64,000 nucleotides of DNA. Source: Octopus sinensis (Eukaryota). Position numbers and translations under genes: made by a program. Positions within the stretch are counted from its first letter, which is position 1; every line of letters starts with the position of its first letter. The stretch is from positions 3,844,001-3,908,000 of the forward strand of contig NC_043009.1 in assembly GCF_006345805.1 (NCBI RefSeq). The letters run 5' to 3'. Shown piece by piece: positions 39,082 through 52,647 of the stretch. A model generated the notes under the pieces. The model did no database searches. It was not told the DNA's origin and saw only the letters and a list, made by a program, of their open reading frames with translations.

Positions 39082-39313
39082 CTATTTCTTTACTACCCAC
39101 AAGGGGCTAAACACAGAGGGAACAAACAAGGACAGGCAAAGGGATTAAATCGATTACATCGACCCCAGTGCGTAACTGGTATTTAATTTATCGACCCCGA
39201 AAGGATGAAAGGCAAAGTCGACTTCGGCGGAATTTGAACTCAGAACGTAACGGCAAACGACATACGGCTACGCATTTCGCCCGGCGTGATAACGATTCTG
39301 CCAGCTCACCGCC
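39082..39313 (-). mobile_element. SINE family B, full length
   Basis: Homologous to 30672-30904; 17-bp TSD TTTTATTCGTCACTACC at 38664 and 39317. Confidence 0.9.
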
Positions 39314-39731
39314 TTTTTTTATTCGTCACTACCATTTGCCCATTGCCTGAACTTTACCCCATCGTTAATTGTGCTCTTTCTTACGCGCCTATTACACGGT
39401 TATCTTATTAATTTTACTCCGACTTGAATTTTCTAGAATTAACACACACTCTCTTTCGGTCGAAGTAGATAGTTTAATTCATTTCATACTCTTTTTTCGA
39501 ACGCAGCAAAACTATGTGCCCCCTGATGAATATATTCTCAATTTAATTTTCTCTTCCATCTGTTATTTTTTTTTTTTTTGTAGGAAGTATATTTATCCCA
39601 CAAATAGCAATTTCAGTGTAATGTCTGACACCATGCCTTCGGGAAATTATTAAGGTTACGTAAAATTTTTTATCTCAAGTGTTGCTGACAATTACTTTGA
39701 TTTTCGTCTTTCTGGAGTAGATAGCCACTAG

Positions 39732-39772
<41 letters not shown>

Positions 39773-39886
39773 TAATTATATTCAGGGCTATTACTACAAG
39801 TGAAGGCCTCACGCTATAGTGAGACTTTAAAGTCAAACTACTTCAATAAATGTAGACGGTGCCGTGCAAAATTACTGAAACAGTTT

Positions 39887-39925
<39 letters not shown>

Positions 39926-40005
39926 TCTGTTTACATAATATCTTCTGTTTACATAATATCGAGGTCTCATTCATTCTTTTGTTGTCATATTATCAATAAT
40001 ATATA

Positions 40006-40429
40006 CTCTTTACTCTTTTACTCTTTTATTAGTTTCAGTCATTTGACTGCGGCCATGCTGGAGCACCGCCTTTAATCGACAACTCGACGCCGGGACTTAA
40101 TCTTTTGTAAGCCCAGTACTTATTCTATCGGTCTCTTTTGCCGAACCGCTAAGTAACGGGGACATAAACACACCAGCATCGGTTATCAAGCAATGCTAGG
40201 GGGACAAACACAGACACACAAACACACACACGCATATATATATATAATATATATATACATACATACGACGGGCTTCTTTCAGTTTCCGTCTACCAAATCC
40301 ACTCACAAGGCTTTGGTCGGCCCGAGGCTGTAGTAGAAGACACTTGCCCAAGGTGCCACGCAGTGGGACTGAACCCGGAACCATGTGGTAGGTAAACAAG
40401 CTACTTACCACACAGCCACTCCTGCGCCT
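40006..40429 (-). mobile_element. SINE family A, full length
   Basis: Complete head (AGGCGCAGGAGTGGC) and TAAAAGAG-type tail on the minus strand. Confidence 0.9.
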
Positions 40430-41285
40430 ATATATATATAAAAATATATTGGCAGTGACTTCGAATTTTTGTCCAATTAAGATTTCATTGGATAGTTAAA
40501 GAATAATGAATTTGTACAAATGTATTGAGTAATACTCCAGTTTAATGTAAAATTGTTTTTATTATAAAATTACTGCAAACATTAATATATAGATACATAG
40601 ACACACACACACGGAAATACATATGTGCAAACGATGCTAGACAACTATATATATACATAAATGCCTGCACACAAATGAGTTTTGTTGATACGTGTTATAA
40701 GATATTAGACAAGGCATGAAGAATTCTATCCAACAAATTTCAAGTTTTATTGAACCTCCATCTTGATTTAAGTAACAACCAGCTGCAAAATTATACTGGC
40801 AATTATATGCTACAAATTCTACTGTTTTACCATTTTCTAGTATGATTAAGACAACCTTATTCCATTCTAGTCACAGTTCGATACAATATGAGCATTTGAA
40901 GTTTCTGTAATTGCAAAAAACGAATTGGTTTGATCGAATACGCTGTTCCGATATACTGTGTGGTAGGAGAATGAGAAGATAAATTGCATTTCCTTTACCC
41001 ATTGACGTAAATGGCGAATGTGCGTTCAGCAAAGATGTTTTCTGTTTTACAGCTTTATATGCTTAAAATATGTTTTTGCGTGTTTGTGTATGTGTGTGTG
41101 TTTTCGTGTGTGTGTGTGCGTGAGAATGTGTGCATGTGTATGTAAGCGTGTGTCTGTGTGTGTATGTTTGTATGTGTTTGTGTAAAGTGTTTACGTGAGT
41201 TGGAGTTGTATGCGCACTTTAGAATTGTCGTAGGGTTTCCTTCTAAAAATATCTTTAGAAGGGTAAATATATAAATGTTACACAT

Positions 41286-41338
<53 letters not shown>

Positions 41339-41343
41339 CATAT

Positions 41344-41417
<74 letters not shown>

Positions 41418-41481
41418 TATATACATATATACATATATATATATGTATATATACATATATATATATACATATATATATATG

Positions 41482-41537
<56 letters not shown>

Positions 41538-43353
41538 GAGTGTGTGTATGTGTTTCTGTGTGTGTATATGTATGGGTGTGTTTAGAAACTGTAGCTACAT
41601 GAAGATTTCATCTTAGATTCTGATAGACTTTCTTGATTGTGTTAGCCTGCGCGGATGTGTAACTGCATGTATGTATATGCACGTGTGTAAGTACGTCTTT
41701 ATTTTATGTTATTAATTTATTTCTTCTTATGCTTTTCTGAGTGACTATGAACGTGCAGGAAATGTGCGTGAGCATTGCGTGTATATAATATACGCTGGGA
41801 ATGAGGAGACAGCCAGAGATGGAAAGATCTAGAGAGTGAAAAAGCCACGGTGAGAGAGGGAGAGAGAGAGAGATAGAGTGTGATAGAGACATACAGCCAG
41901 AGAAGGGAACAGTGAGCGAAAGGCGGAAAAGAAAGAGTGTGTCCGGGTGCCCCATAAATAATCTACACGTAGACATGATTTATATACGAAAGCATGACAG
42001 ACATTACGGGACGAATGGTATATATACTGAATTTCATTCACGCATGTGCACACTAACGTGCACGTTCACATACACACATTCTCATACATATATACACGGC
42101 ATATTTCACGTAGATCTTATTTCTGCCTCTTAGTCATTATATTCTGATATATCAGCAAAGCATCGAATAATTTTATGATCCGAAGAGAATGTTCCATCGT
42201 GGAAATAACATTCAGGTTTGTGTGCCAACAACGAAGCTTCTATGAAGTCGCTAAACGTACTCGGAAACAGCAGTTAAACCATTTTCAAATCACACCCTAT
42301 TGTTGAAAATAAAAGAAGGCAACATCAACGTATTTTTATGACAGAATCAATTGATACAGAGTGCGACGTGGCCTTGACATAAGACTTATGGATTCAAACA
42401 TTCAGGTGAGATGCGCAAGAATTTCTGTTCAAACAATTTCACTCACAAGGCTTGGATTAATTTGGATTAAATTATGACAATAATAAAAGACACTTGCCCA
42501 AAATTCGAAACGGTTAAATTGAACACAGAACGACAGATATCTGGTGTTATTACTATTGAGTCATGTGTCCACAACAAACAAAGACTTTTCATCGCACACA
42601 TACATACACAATCTGAAACACGTATAGCGAATAATCTTTTCTACTATGTGGGAGGGGACTAGTACTTAAATTATCGACCCCCTAAAGGATGAAAGGCAAA
42701 GTCGACCTCGGCGGAATTTGAACCCAACGTATAGAAATTAATAACATTCCAATCAATAGCGTATATTATATGTTATCTATAATATACAAAGTAAGCGATC
42801 TATGTAGAAATATAGATAACCTATGTAGAAACATGTTTGCTAATAGAAGCGTAGACACTGACACGCTTAAACGTAGACATACTAGCAAATACACTTGCAT
42901 AAATACATAGGGAAGCATCGTCGTGAAATATATAAAAGAAGGTGCCACTAGGTGGTCACTCAACTCGTTAGGAATAGAAGCTAAATGGCCTTAAAATTTC
43001 AAAAGCATGGCAAAATGGGGAGTCTTAAATAAGGTAGAATATAATGGATAATGTTGAATTCAGTATACTATAACTCCCCCAAAAAGATTGGATAGTCACG
43101 ATTGGGACGCCTTTGATCGTGGGACGGTATGAGAGTGGTAAAAGTTAGTGCTGAGAAACAACTGCAACGACTGCCTGTTTCACAATATGTTTCAAAATAT
43201 GCACCCGCATAAACGAGTACAATTATACATACGTAGACAAACTCAAAGACTTAGAAAAGCTCTGGAGGAAATGAGAGTTACAGGCGTGACACACAACGCA
43301 CTAACACACACGTTCCATATACACGCACATTCACACACACACACAAACATATC

Positions 43354-43388
<35 letters not shown>

Positions 43389-43632
43389 TATACTATATAT
43401 AATATATGCGTTCACATATATGCGACACAATTGTATATACAATCACAAAGAGATAAAAAGAACGGTTAGAGTGCGATAGTATACAAAAATCCGTAATTTC
43501 ACAAAAAATAATAAGAGGCGACAAAGAAAGGGCAAGTCATAGATAAAAAATAGATGGATATTATATATATAAAAATATATATATACATATACATACATAT
43601 ATATATATTATAATATATATTATATATATATA

Positions 43633-43633
43633 C

Positions 43634-43690
<57 letters not shown>

Positions 43691-43738
43691 GATAGATAGA
43701 TAGATAGATAATAGATACGAGAACAGACCGATAGATAC

Positions 43739-43771
<33 letters not shown>

Positions 43772-43826
43772 ATAGATAGATAGATAGATAGATAAGATAA
43801 AGATAGATAGATAGAAAGAGACAGAG

Positions 43827-43907
<81 letters not shown>
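43633..43907. repeat. (AGAT)n microsatellite
   Basis: Read directly from the sequence. Confidence 0.95.
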
Positions 43908-43908
<1 letters not shown>

Positions 43909-44013
43909 GTGGATAGATAAAAAGGTGGATGGGAAGAGAGAGAAAAAGGATGGAAAGAAAGGACAAAAAGCAATTGATTATTCGAACATGCACAGACATC
44001 AAATAGAGTCCAG

Positions 44014-44061
<48 letters not shown>

Positions 44062-44374
44062 CACACATATTGTAAACTAATATGTATACATGTCTACGCT
44101 CACAATCAAACAGACGTACGTATGCAATTACGCATACACCGAAAATTGTCACATCCGCAAACATTCTACGAAATAATTGTAAAAACAAAATAATGTTTTT
44201 GTGCAAACAAATATTTACATAATAGGGTGATGCAAGCAGAAGCAAACACATGTACAGATACACCATCTCAGAAAAATATATAAATTGAATACACAGAAAT
44301 ACAGACATGTAACTGTCGTAAATTTTATATAATTATATATATATATGTATGTGTGTTTATATATATATATAATA

Positions 44375-44405
<31 letters not shown>

Positions 44406-44417
44406 ATATACACATAC

Positions 44418-44450
<33 letters not shown>

Positions 44451-44489
44451 CCATATATATATTATATTATTATATATCTATATATATAT

Positions 44490-44521
<32 letters not shown>

Positions 44522-44560
44522 AGTATATATTATATATATATATTACATATATATCCATAT

Positions 44561-44602
<42 letters not shown>

Positions 44603-45370
44603 ATATATATATATATCATATATATATATATATATATATATAGATATATATATACATGTATATATGTATGTATATATATTCTTGAGAGTAAGCTTGAAAC
44701 AAAGACACTTTATTTTTCGTTACACTTTGGCAGACCATCAAGTATTTGCCGAATGTAGAACCATAAGTAGGTGCATTTAATGGTATATACACAAACACAC
44801 ACGCATACACACACACACACACTCACATGGAGTCGCAAACAATCGCACGTATGCCAGACACACTAACGTATTTTCATATAAATGTACACACTCGCATACG
44901 CACACACTTGTAGACAGACAAACATAACGGAGACCAGGAATTAACCACGTATAAATTGAAATATTGACAAACATAGCAAACCCAAAAGTACACTCACGCA
45001 CACACGAATATATATATATATATTATATATATACACACACACATACACACGTATATATGTATATATACATACGTGCGTATATATATGTGTGGATATACAT
45101 ATGTGCGTGGGGGGTTGTAGACATAGACACAAACATAAATAGAGCTCCCCCCCCCTAAAAAAACCATTATGGAAATTCGGTTTGATTAAAAGAAAATGAA
45201 ATTATAAATGACAGTTGGATGTGAAGCAGATTGGACTTTAGTTCCTCCAAGACACGGAAACTTTTGAAGAACTCAACCATAATTAGTCAATAATCAATAT
45301 GTCTGTTATGACAAATGGTATATGTATACACAGACACACACATATATACGTATACGAATATATATATGTA

Positions 45371-45404
<34 letters not shown>

Positions 45405-46329
45405 CATATACATACAGACACTCATATATCTCTGTTTGTTAAACATATACGCGTATATATATATATATATACACATATATACATATACATAGACACATGC
45501 ACACACCATATACATATATGCATACATTCGTTCATAAAAACACATGTATTATGTACATAGTCAGTCTCACGCGAGTGTATATGCATATTTATGTGTATTA
45601 GGTAATGTAATATGATGGGGAGTCTGAAGGCAATAAATACAAGAATACATTTAAGTGAATTCATATACAAATTAATCAATAAACGTGGAGAAACCTACAA
45701 CGCCAAAGAATTCATTGTTTTCAGCAGCGTCGTCATGTCACCGAAAACCTGATGTTCTTTCTTATTTAATTTTGCGCAGATATTTTGTGCATTTAAATCC
45801 TAATTTCTATCTACCTTTCATTAAATAGAGTTGACCATCCTTGAGTGACCTTTTGCATCGTTTTCTTACTTATTACACACGACATTCCTATTCGGTGCTG
45901 CAAGCCTTTCTAACCAATATGAGGGCGAAGAGAGAACAGATACGTTGATAGAGAATTATATATAAGGTGATGGATTTCAAAGAGAGTGCAGTCTTTGAAA
46001 ATCGTATATTCCTTTGGCGTTTATAGTATCATGAAAGTGTCGTTACAGATCACCCATAGGCTTTAATTGAGACTATTTAGAGACATGAGAGTATTATTTC
46101 TTCTGATACGAAAATTACCAGTCTAAGAGGACGATGACGCTTTGAAAATTGTCTAAATAATTCTAAATAATTTCACCATCGTTTCCAAGGATCTACAAAC
46201 CAAACACAGATGTTCCAAATCATAGATGCTATAAAAATATTTCAAAATAAAAGCCTTTAACAATTCTTTTTCCTAGCATTTTTTCCCTTTTTTTTTTTTG
46301 ATCTGTCTGCTCATTTCATTTTCCCTTCA

Positions 46330-46700
46330 ACTATAGAAACAAGGCCTGAAATTTCGGGAGAGGGTGTAAGTCAATTACATCGACCCTAGTGAACACCTGA
46401 CATGAAAATGGACGAAATACCAAAATGCGTTTTGCCCGGCGTGTTAACGATTCTATCAGCTCACCGCTTTGGTAGCTTGTTTCATAGTCGTTTCAATTTT
46501 TGGTACAAGGCCAGCAATTCTGGGATCGAGAGTAAATCGATTACATCACCCCAAGTGCTTAACCGGTACGTATTTTATCGACCCTGAAAGGGAGAAAGGT
46601 AAAGTCGTCCCCGGCGGCATTTGGACTCAGAATATAAAATCTGATGTAATGCGGCTAAGCATTTTACCCGGTTCTGTAACGATTCTGCCAGCTCGCCGCC
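46330..46700 (-). mobile_element. Two diverged SINE family B-like copies
   Basis: ACAAGGCC..ATCGA..GCTAAGCATTT..AACGATTCT.CCAGCTC.CCGC motifs occur twice. Confidence 0.7.
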
Positions 46701-48097
46701 CTGGTAGATTCTTTCATATTAAAAGCCATTATCTACTTCCTCGGTTGTTTACCTACTTTGTGCAGACTTTCATATAAATTAAATAAATAAAATAGACTAA
46801 AGAATGGTTTTCTTTCCTGCTTATAAATCCTGATCTTCGCATGTCCTTTATAAACAGAGAATAACTGTGAGTCTCTAGAACATCTGAGGTAACAAGACTG
46901 ATTGTTTCTTAATATGATTTTCATATTATTCTCTCTGCACACATTAACTGCGCACAAGGCATATAACAATGAAATATAAATAGAAAATGAAATAATAACG
47001 TGACTTGCATAACCTACGATTAAATACGTACAACAGAAATCGGCCAAATAATCAGGTGATAAAACTATATAACATCAAAGCAATTTTAATTTTTACTTCA
47101 ATTTTAGAAAATAAAAATGTCGTATTTTGACATCACTTCAGTTATCTGAATTTTGAAAATTCGGTCTGTATTACATTTTTTGCTTTTAGTTATGTGTGAT
47201 ACCTCTTAAATGTAAAACATTTTAGCAAATACGTCATAATTATTATCTATTGGTTTATTTTTCACTGTAACCATTAAGATTATTGTCAATTTTTTGTTTA
47301 TTTTATAAGATATAAACTAATATTGGACATCATTTTATACATAACGTGTAGTATTTGATAAATGGAATATAACTTCTCCTTCTATGATATATAACTGGCA
47401 AATTCTCATGGAGAAAACGTACTTCATCATGCAAATCAAATTTTGTCAAAATTCAACTGACAAATTTATTCCTTATCCACCAAGAATGCGTTCTAAATTG
47501 TGATCAATTGTAATATCTTGTGTGTTGAGATATTATTTCTTCCCATAATCTCCTGTATGACAGATTTATCCTCATCGCAAATTCTTTCAATATAATGATT
47601 CAAATAAATACATTTCTTCGTTCAATCAGATTTGTGATTTGTACGGTAAACTAAGATAAGACCTTGAAACATGGCCCTTGTTATTGCAGGCTGATCACAT
47701 AATCTTCAACAAGGAAAGCCTAAAGTTATCGGATTATTGGACTAATTAAGCAAGACACCTGAAGGTTGTTATAAATAACGAGTTTGTACATAGGTAGAAG
47801 ATCAAATTATTATATCTGCAGACCGTCACTCCACCAAATACTGAATGCCTGTTCATTTCATCAACATTGGAACGATGAAAATAATGGCGACTTCAGTTAG
47901 ATTTGAACCATAAATTCAATATCCGTACCTAAATAACACATGTTATTCTGTCCTTCTCATTGGTATCTGTAATGATACGCAACGGTTAGAAGGAACAATA
48001 AAGTAGAAATGCAACAAATATATATAAAATATTATATATATATATGTATATATATATATATTATATATATATATATATATACACACAAACTCCCCCC

Positions 48098-48128
<31 letters not shown>

Positions 48129-48138
48129 TACATATATA

Positions 48139-49344
48139 TAGGGTGTCCCAAAATTAAGGCAACCAACCTTTTTCAATTTTGCCAATGCAAAATATTGATA
48201 TATTCCGGGTCCGTGCATTGCAATGCAACGGTAAAGGAAACATAATTATGCTACTACCACATTCATTCGATATGACCGCATCCGATACTACCACATGTAT
48301 TCGATATTATCACATCCTTAAGCCTAGGTGCGAATGCTTCGCACACGGCACGCAGTTGTTCTTGCAGAATCGGTGTCAATTCCCGGCAGAATTTTGTCTT
48401 CAGGGCGTCGAGCAAAGCATGAGGTGTTCTTCAGACCCTAGTCTCCAAAATTGACCAAACATAAAAACACAGCGCGATGAGATCGGGGATTTTTGAGGGC
48501 CTTGCCTATAAATGACGGAATGCTTTTCTGAATCCAGTCTGGGGTCTGTTTGGAGCTGTGTGATAGTGCCAAATCCTCTTGGGAGCCCATGGAAGTAGTT
48601 CAGCATTGAGAATGTCGCTAATGTATCGCTGGGTGTTAATTTTTACACCGAAGACACAAAAACGAGGGGAGAAATTCCAGTGGCTGAGACAGCCACCAAA
48701 GCTATAGCTAACCGTGGATTTTGACGTCGATTTAGGTGTCTACCCTCGACCGAGACAGACACACTCCAAATCCGGTCATTCTGGTGGCTTACTGTTTGTT
48801 CGATGTCAAATTTGTTTTCATCAGTGAACACTAGGTTGGGCAGCGTACCTTCAGCCATTTGATGCAGGTTAGGACTACTTTTCTCCACTCTCTTGGCCTT
48901 ATAAGATTGTGTGAGCTCATGACAGCGTTGGGATGGGTCCTGAGATCCTCCTTCAGCACTCGATACATCGGTATTCGGCTTAATTTTGTTGTGGCAGCCA
49001 GTTTCCTGACGGAACGACAAGGATTTCGCTGTAATTTTTTCTCTGGTACTTTTCATAAGCTGAGGTCCCTTGATATTTCTTGACAATTGTCCTGATTGTT
49101 GTACTGGTAATTTTTTTTTTTTTTTTTTTTGCTATAGCTGTAGTAGTTTCGTCTCCTTTGTAGAGTATTATGACTGTATTTTAGCCTATAGCCATTATCT
49201 AATTTATAAATATTAATTTAATTAGTCCGAAACAAAATAAAAGACACACTAAGCCTTTATAAAATACAATTTTCATATTTTATCACATTTATTGATATTT
49301 ATTAAAGCCTGAAACTTCAGTTGCCTAAATTTCGGGACACCCTG
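48139..49344 (-). mobile_element. Tc1/mariner DNA transposon (maT/DD37D-like), 1206 bp, both ends intact, transposase decayed
   Basis: 25-bp TIRs (T/C)AGGGTGTCCC(A/G)AAATT(A/T)AGGCAAC with 3 mismatches; TA on both flanks; LVFTDENKF, QNDRIW, GISPLVFV, PDLIALCFYVWSILE, GHIE*. Confidence 0.9.
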
Positions 49345-49435
49345 TATATAAATATTTATAAGTATATATATGTATATATATATATATGTATGTGTATATA
49401 TTTATAATTACACACACACACACATACATATATAT

Positions 49436-49635
49436 TAGGGGATGCTAAAAGGTTTCCGGCTCTATGGATATCGTAAAAGGCCTGATTGGAGGTCCAACCT
49501 TCCGGGTTCTCTTACAGGGCTTAGAAAGACTGAAGAACCCCTGTAATAAGTGTATGAATCTGAGAGGTGAATATGTTGAATAAAATCATAATTAACTGAT
49601 CTATTATTTTCTTTTACCCAAAGCCTTGAATTCAT
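49436..49635 (+). mobile_element. Mariner-derived MITE retaining the transposase C-terminus
   Basis: 49512-49583 translates LQGLERLKNPCNKCMNLRGEYVE*, matching the mariner end motif KC....G.YVE. Confidence 0.7.
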
Positions 49636-50099
49636 TCATACATACATACATACATATATACATACTGTCCAATGACTGAAAATAGTAAAATGTCAACGTT
49701 TAAAGATAAGAATACGAGAAATTAGAGAAACAATGTCACCAAAATAAGAGAATGTGGAACACATACAAACGAATGAAATTTTCGAAAGAATTATTACAGG
49801 CGAACCATATTAATGTAAAGACAAATACAAAATAAAATTCGATTGGAATCAATATTTGAGCTGTGCTGTTAATTTAATTATAGGTGTAATATTCTTAATT
49901 CGGAATTAATTCCGTAGTAACACTAGATAGAATAACACAGCAGAAGTGGTATCCGCATTTAAAATACACTTGAAATATACTTACATAATTCAAATAATTT
50001 TCACTAGGAATATATGGCGGAAAGTGCCGTAGGCGAGCAGAAAATCTGTATATGATATATATGGTAAGACTAATAAAATCTACTAAAGAATACCCAGAA

Positions 50100-50330
50100 A
50101 CTAATATAAACAACTACAGAAGATGTACAGAACATCACGAAACGCATTTGATATTTTCTTACTGTGGAATTAATGTCAGCATTGCGAAATACGAATGGAA
50201 GAATGATGGCGTAAATATACATGAGGAAGAATCTTGCAGAATAACAAAGCGCCATTATGCCTATACGTACATTCAATAGATCAGGTATAAAATCCAGATA
50301 TCGCTATGAAGGACAACTAGGAAAGGAAGT
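50100..50330 (+). pseudogene. Possible RTE-type AP-endonuclease relic
   Basis: INVSIAKYEW..G weakly resembles NIDIAALSETRW. Confidence 0.2.
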
Positions 50331-51921
50331 GCTTTGTAATAGTAGTATGAGGCTACAACGACGATATTATATCTGTCAAAAGAACGGATAATTTTTACCA
50401 GGCCTACAGATCATGAAATACCGATAGATCAAATATGGCGACGGAAAAAAAATGAGACGTAATGCATACATTTGGAATGATTAAAATCAAGCAAGAAATA
50501 CTTAATCAAAATTTCAAAACTTACAAATATGCACAGCGTAGAGGAAATGGCTGTACAAAATACTGCATAGATATTACACTGAGTACAACCAATATTTTTT
50601 TCATTTTAAATAAGATAAACATAGCCAAAGCAAAAACATAAGAACAGACAGAGCAGGGGACGAAGCAAGTAATATTATCAGACATCTAAATAACAACTAG
50701 AAAGCAACAAGAATAATAATAGCAACAATATGAATAACGATAATAATAATGATAATGCAACTGTATTTTCATCATATTTATTTATTTCTAGCATATCATA
50801 AATGTAAACTAGCCCAGCACATTAGACATATGTGTTTGTATGTGTATATGTGTGGGGGAGAGCTTGTTAGAGTAAGTACACACACGCTCACACACAGACA
50901 CAACACAGGCACACACACATATATAAATGTGTATATATATATATATATCTGTGTATATAAAAGCACACATGCATACATGTATGTGCATCGCTGTATGTAT
51001 TCGCATATATCATTCAATAAATCAAACTGTTGTGTAGCCGAGATGAGCAAAGATATAATTTTAATCTATTCCAGTGAAAGCGATCAATCAATACATTTAT
51101 CGAGTATACGGCCCATGAAGCAAGCAGTAGCAAAGCAAAAATGGATGCTCGTGTTTAAAGATTCTGACTCAGAAAAAGAAAAAAAAAAACACACTGCTAG
51201 TCATACTGGCATAAACACACGCACATACACCATGACTCACACACACCATTACGCGCTCACATATATAGCCTATGCTCGCTGATACACATATCAGACAAAT
51301 ATACATGAAGAAATGTAGAGACACATAAAGAGACACATATGTACACTCGCATCTAATTAAAGAAGTGCATGCGTAAACATATATGTTTGTGGCTATGAAC
51401 GGGTGTTTTAGGTACAACTTCTTTCGGAGCATGTCAGTATTTAAGTATGTTTCCTAATGTATATTAAATCTTATTAAAAATCACATGCTTAAACACTCAC
51501 ACAAACTGGCAGACACACACGGATTCACGGTATATAGATACTGTGTGCGAATATCGACATAAACACTCTCTCACACACACACACACACATATATATATAA
51601 TATATATGTGTGTGTGTGTGTATGTGTATATGTATTTATGTGTATATGTATGTATGTATATATATATATATATGCATATATATACAAGCACACATATGCA
51701 CACATATGAATGCGTGTATATGTATATATGTGCACGTGTATGTGTGTATATGCGTTTGTCCATAAGCTACACGTACACCGAATAAAAATCTACATTTATT
51801 TCAAGAAATGTAATGCACTTTTACAATCTTAAAAAATTGTCAGTATGATAGATTAATATGCATATAGTGTATCCTTACGCTGTATATATGTATGTACATC
51901 TAACTTTCTTTCTACTTCCCC

Positions 51922-51952
<31 letters not shown>

Positions 51953-52370
51953 ATTTGATGTATGCAATATGTTACAGTTAATTATAGTTTCTTGCCATGA
52001 AGACACGTGGTTAGGCACTTTTCATAACGCATCTTTTTTCTCGAATGTATCCTCTGGCTCTGAGGACAGGGTCTCTTCTATTTCAACAGCACAACCCTGG
52101 AACAGAACACACCATGAAGTTAGACTCAGGGACTTGCGGGAGAAACAAGGCGCATTATAAAAGTCTGCCTTGTCACGTGTTTTCATAGTAAGAAACTATT
52201 AGTAGCTCTTATCTGTTTAATGCCTACATTAAATGGTATTTACTCACTGGATTGAATACGTTCTTGCTGGTCTTTTCTTAAATGAACGGAACGTAAATTA
52301 TGTATATATACATATATATTATTTATATATATGTATATATATATATGTGTGCGTGTGTATGATGTATATG

Positions 52371-52406
<36 letters not shown>

Positions 52407-52572
52407 TAACACAATATATAGTATGATATATATATATATATTATATATAATATATATATATATATTATATATTTGTAGGTATGTATATTAATTATATATA
52501 TATATATAGTGGTATTGGGAATTATTGTGAATATAAACATATATATATACATAGAGAGAGAGATATGTAGAT

Positions 52573-52647
<75 letters not shown>

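Noticed and set aside
46733-47047. 104-aa ORF with a hydrophobic N-terminus (receptor-like)
   Set aside because: No family motif recognised; expected by chance in AT-rich DNA
47395-47460. Ankyrin-like NSHGENVLHHA peptide
   Set aside because: Single short match bounded by stops, no second repeat
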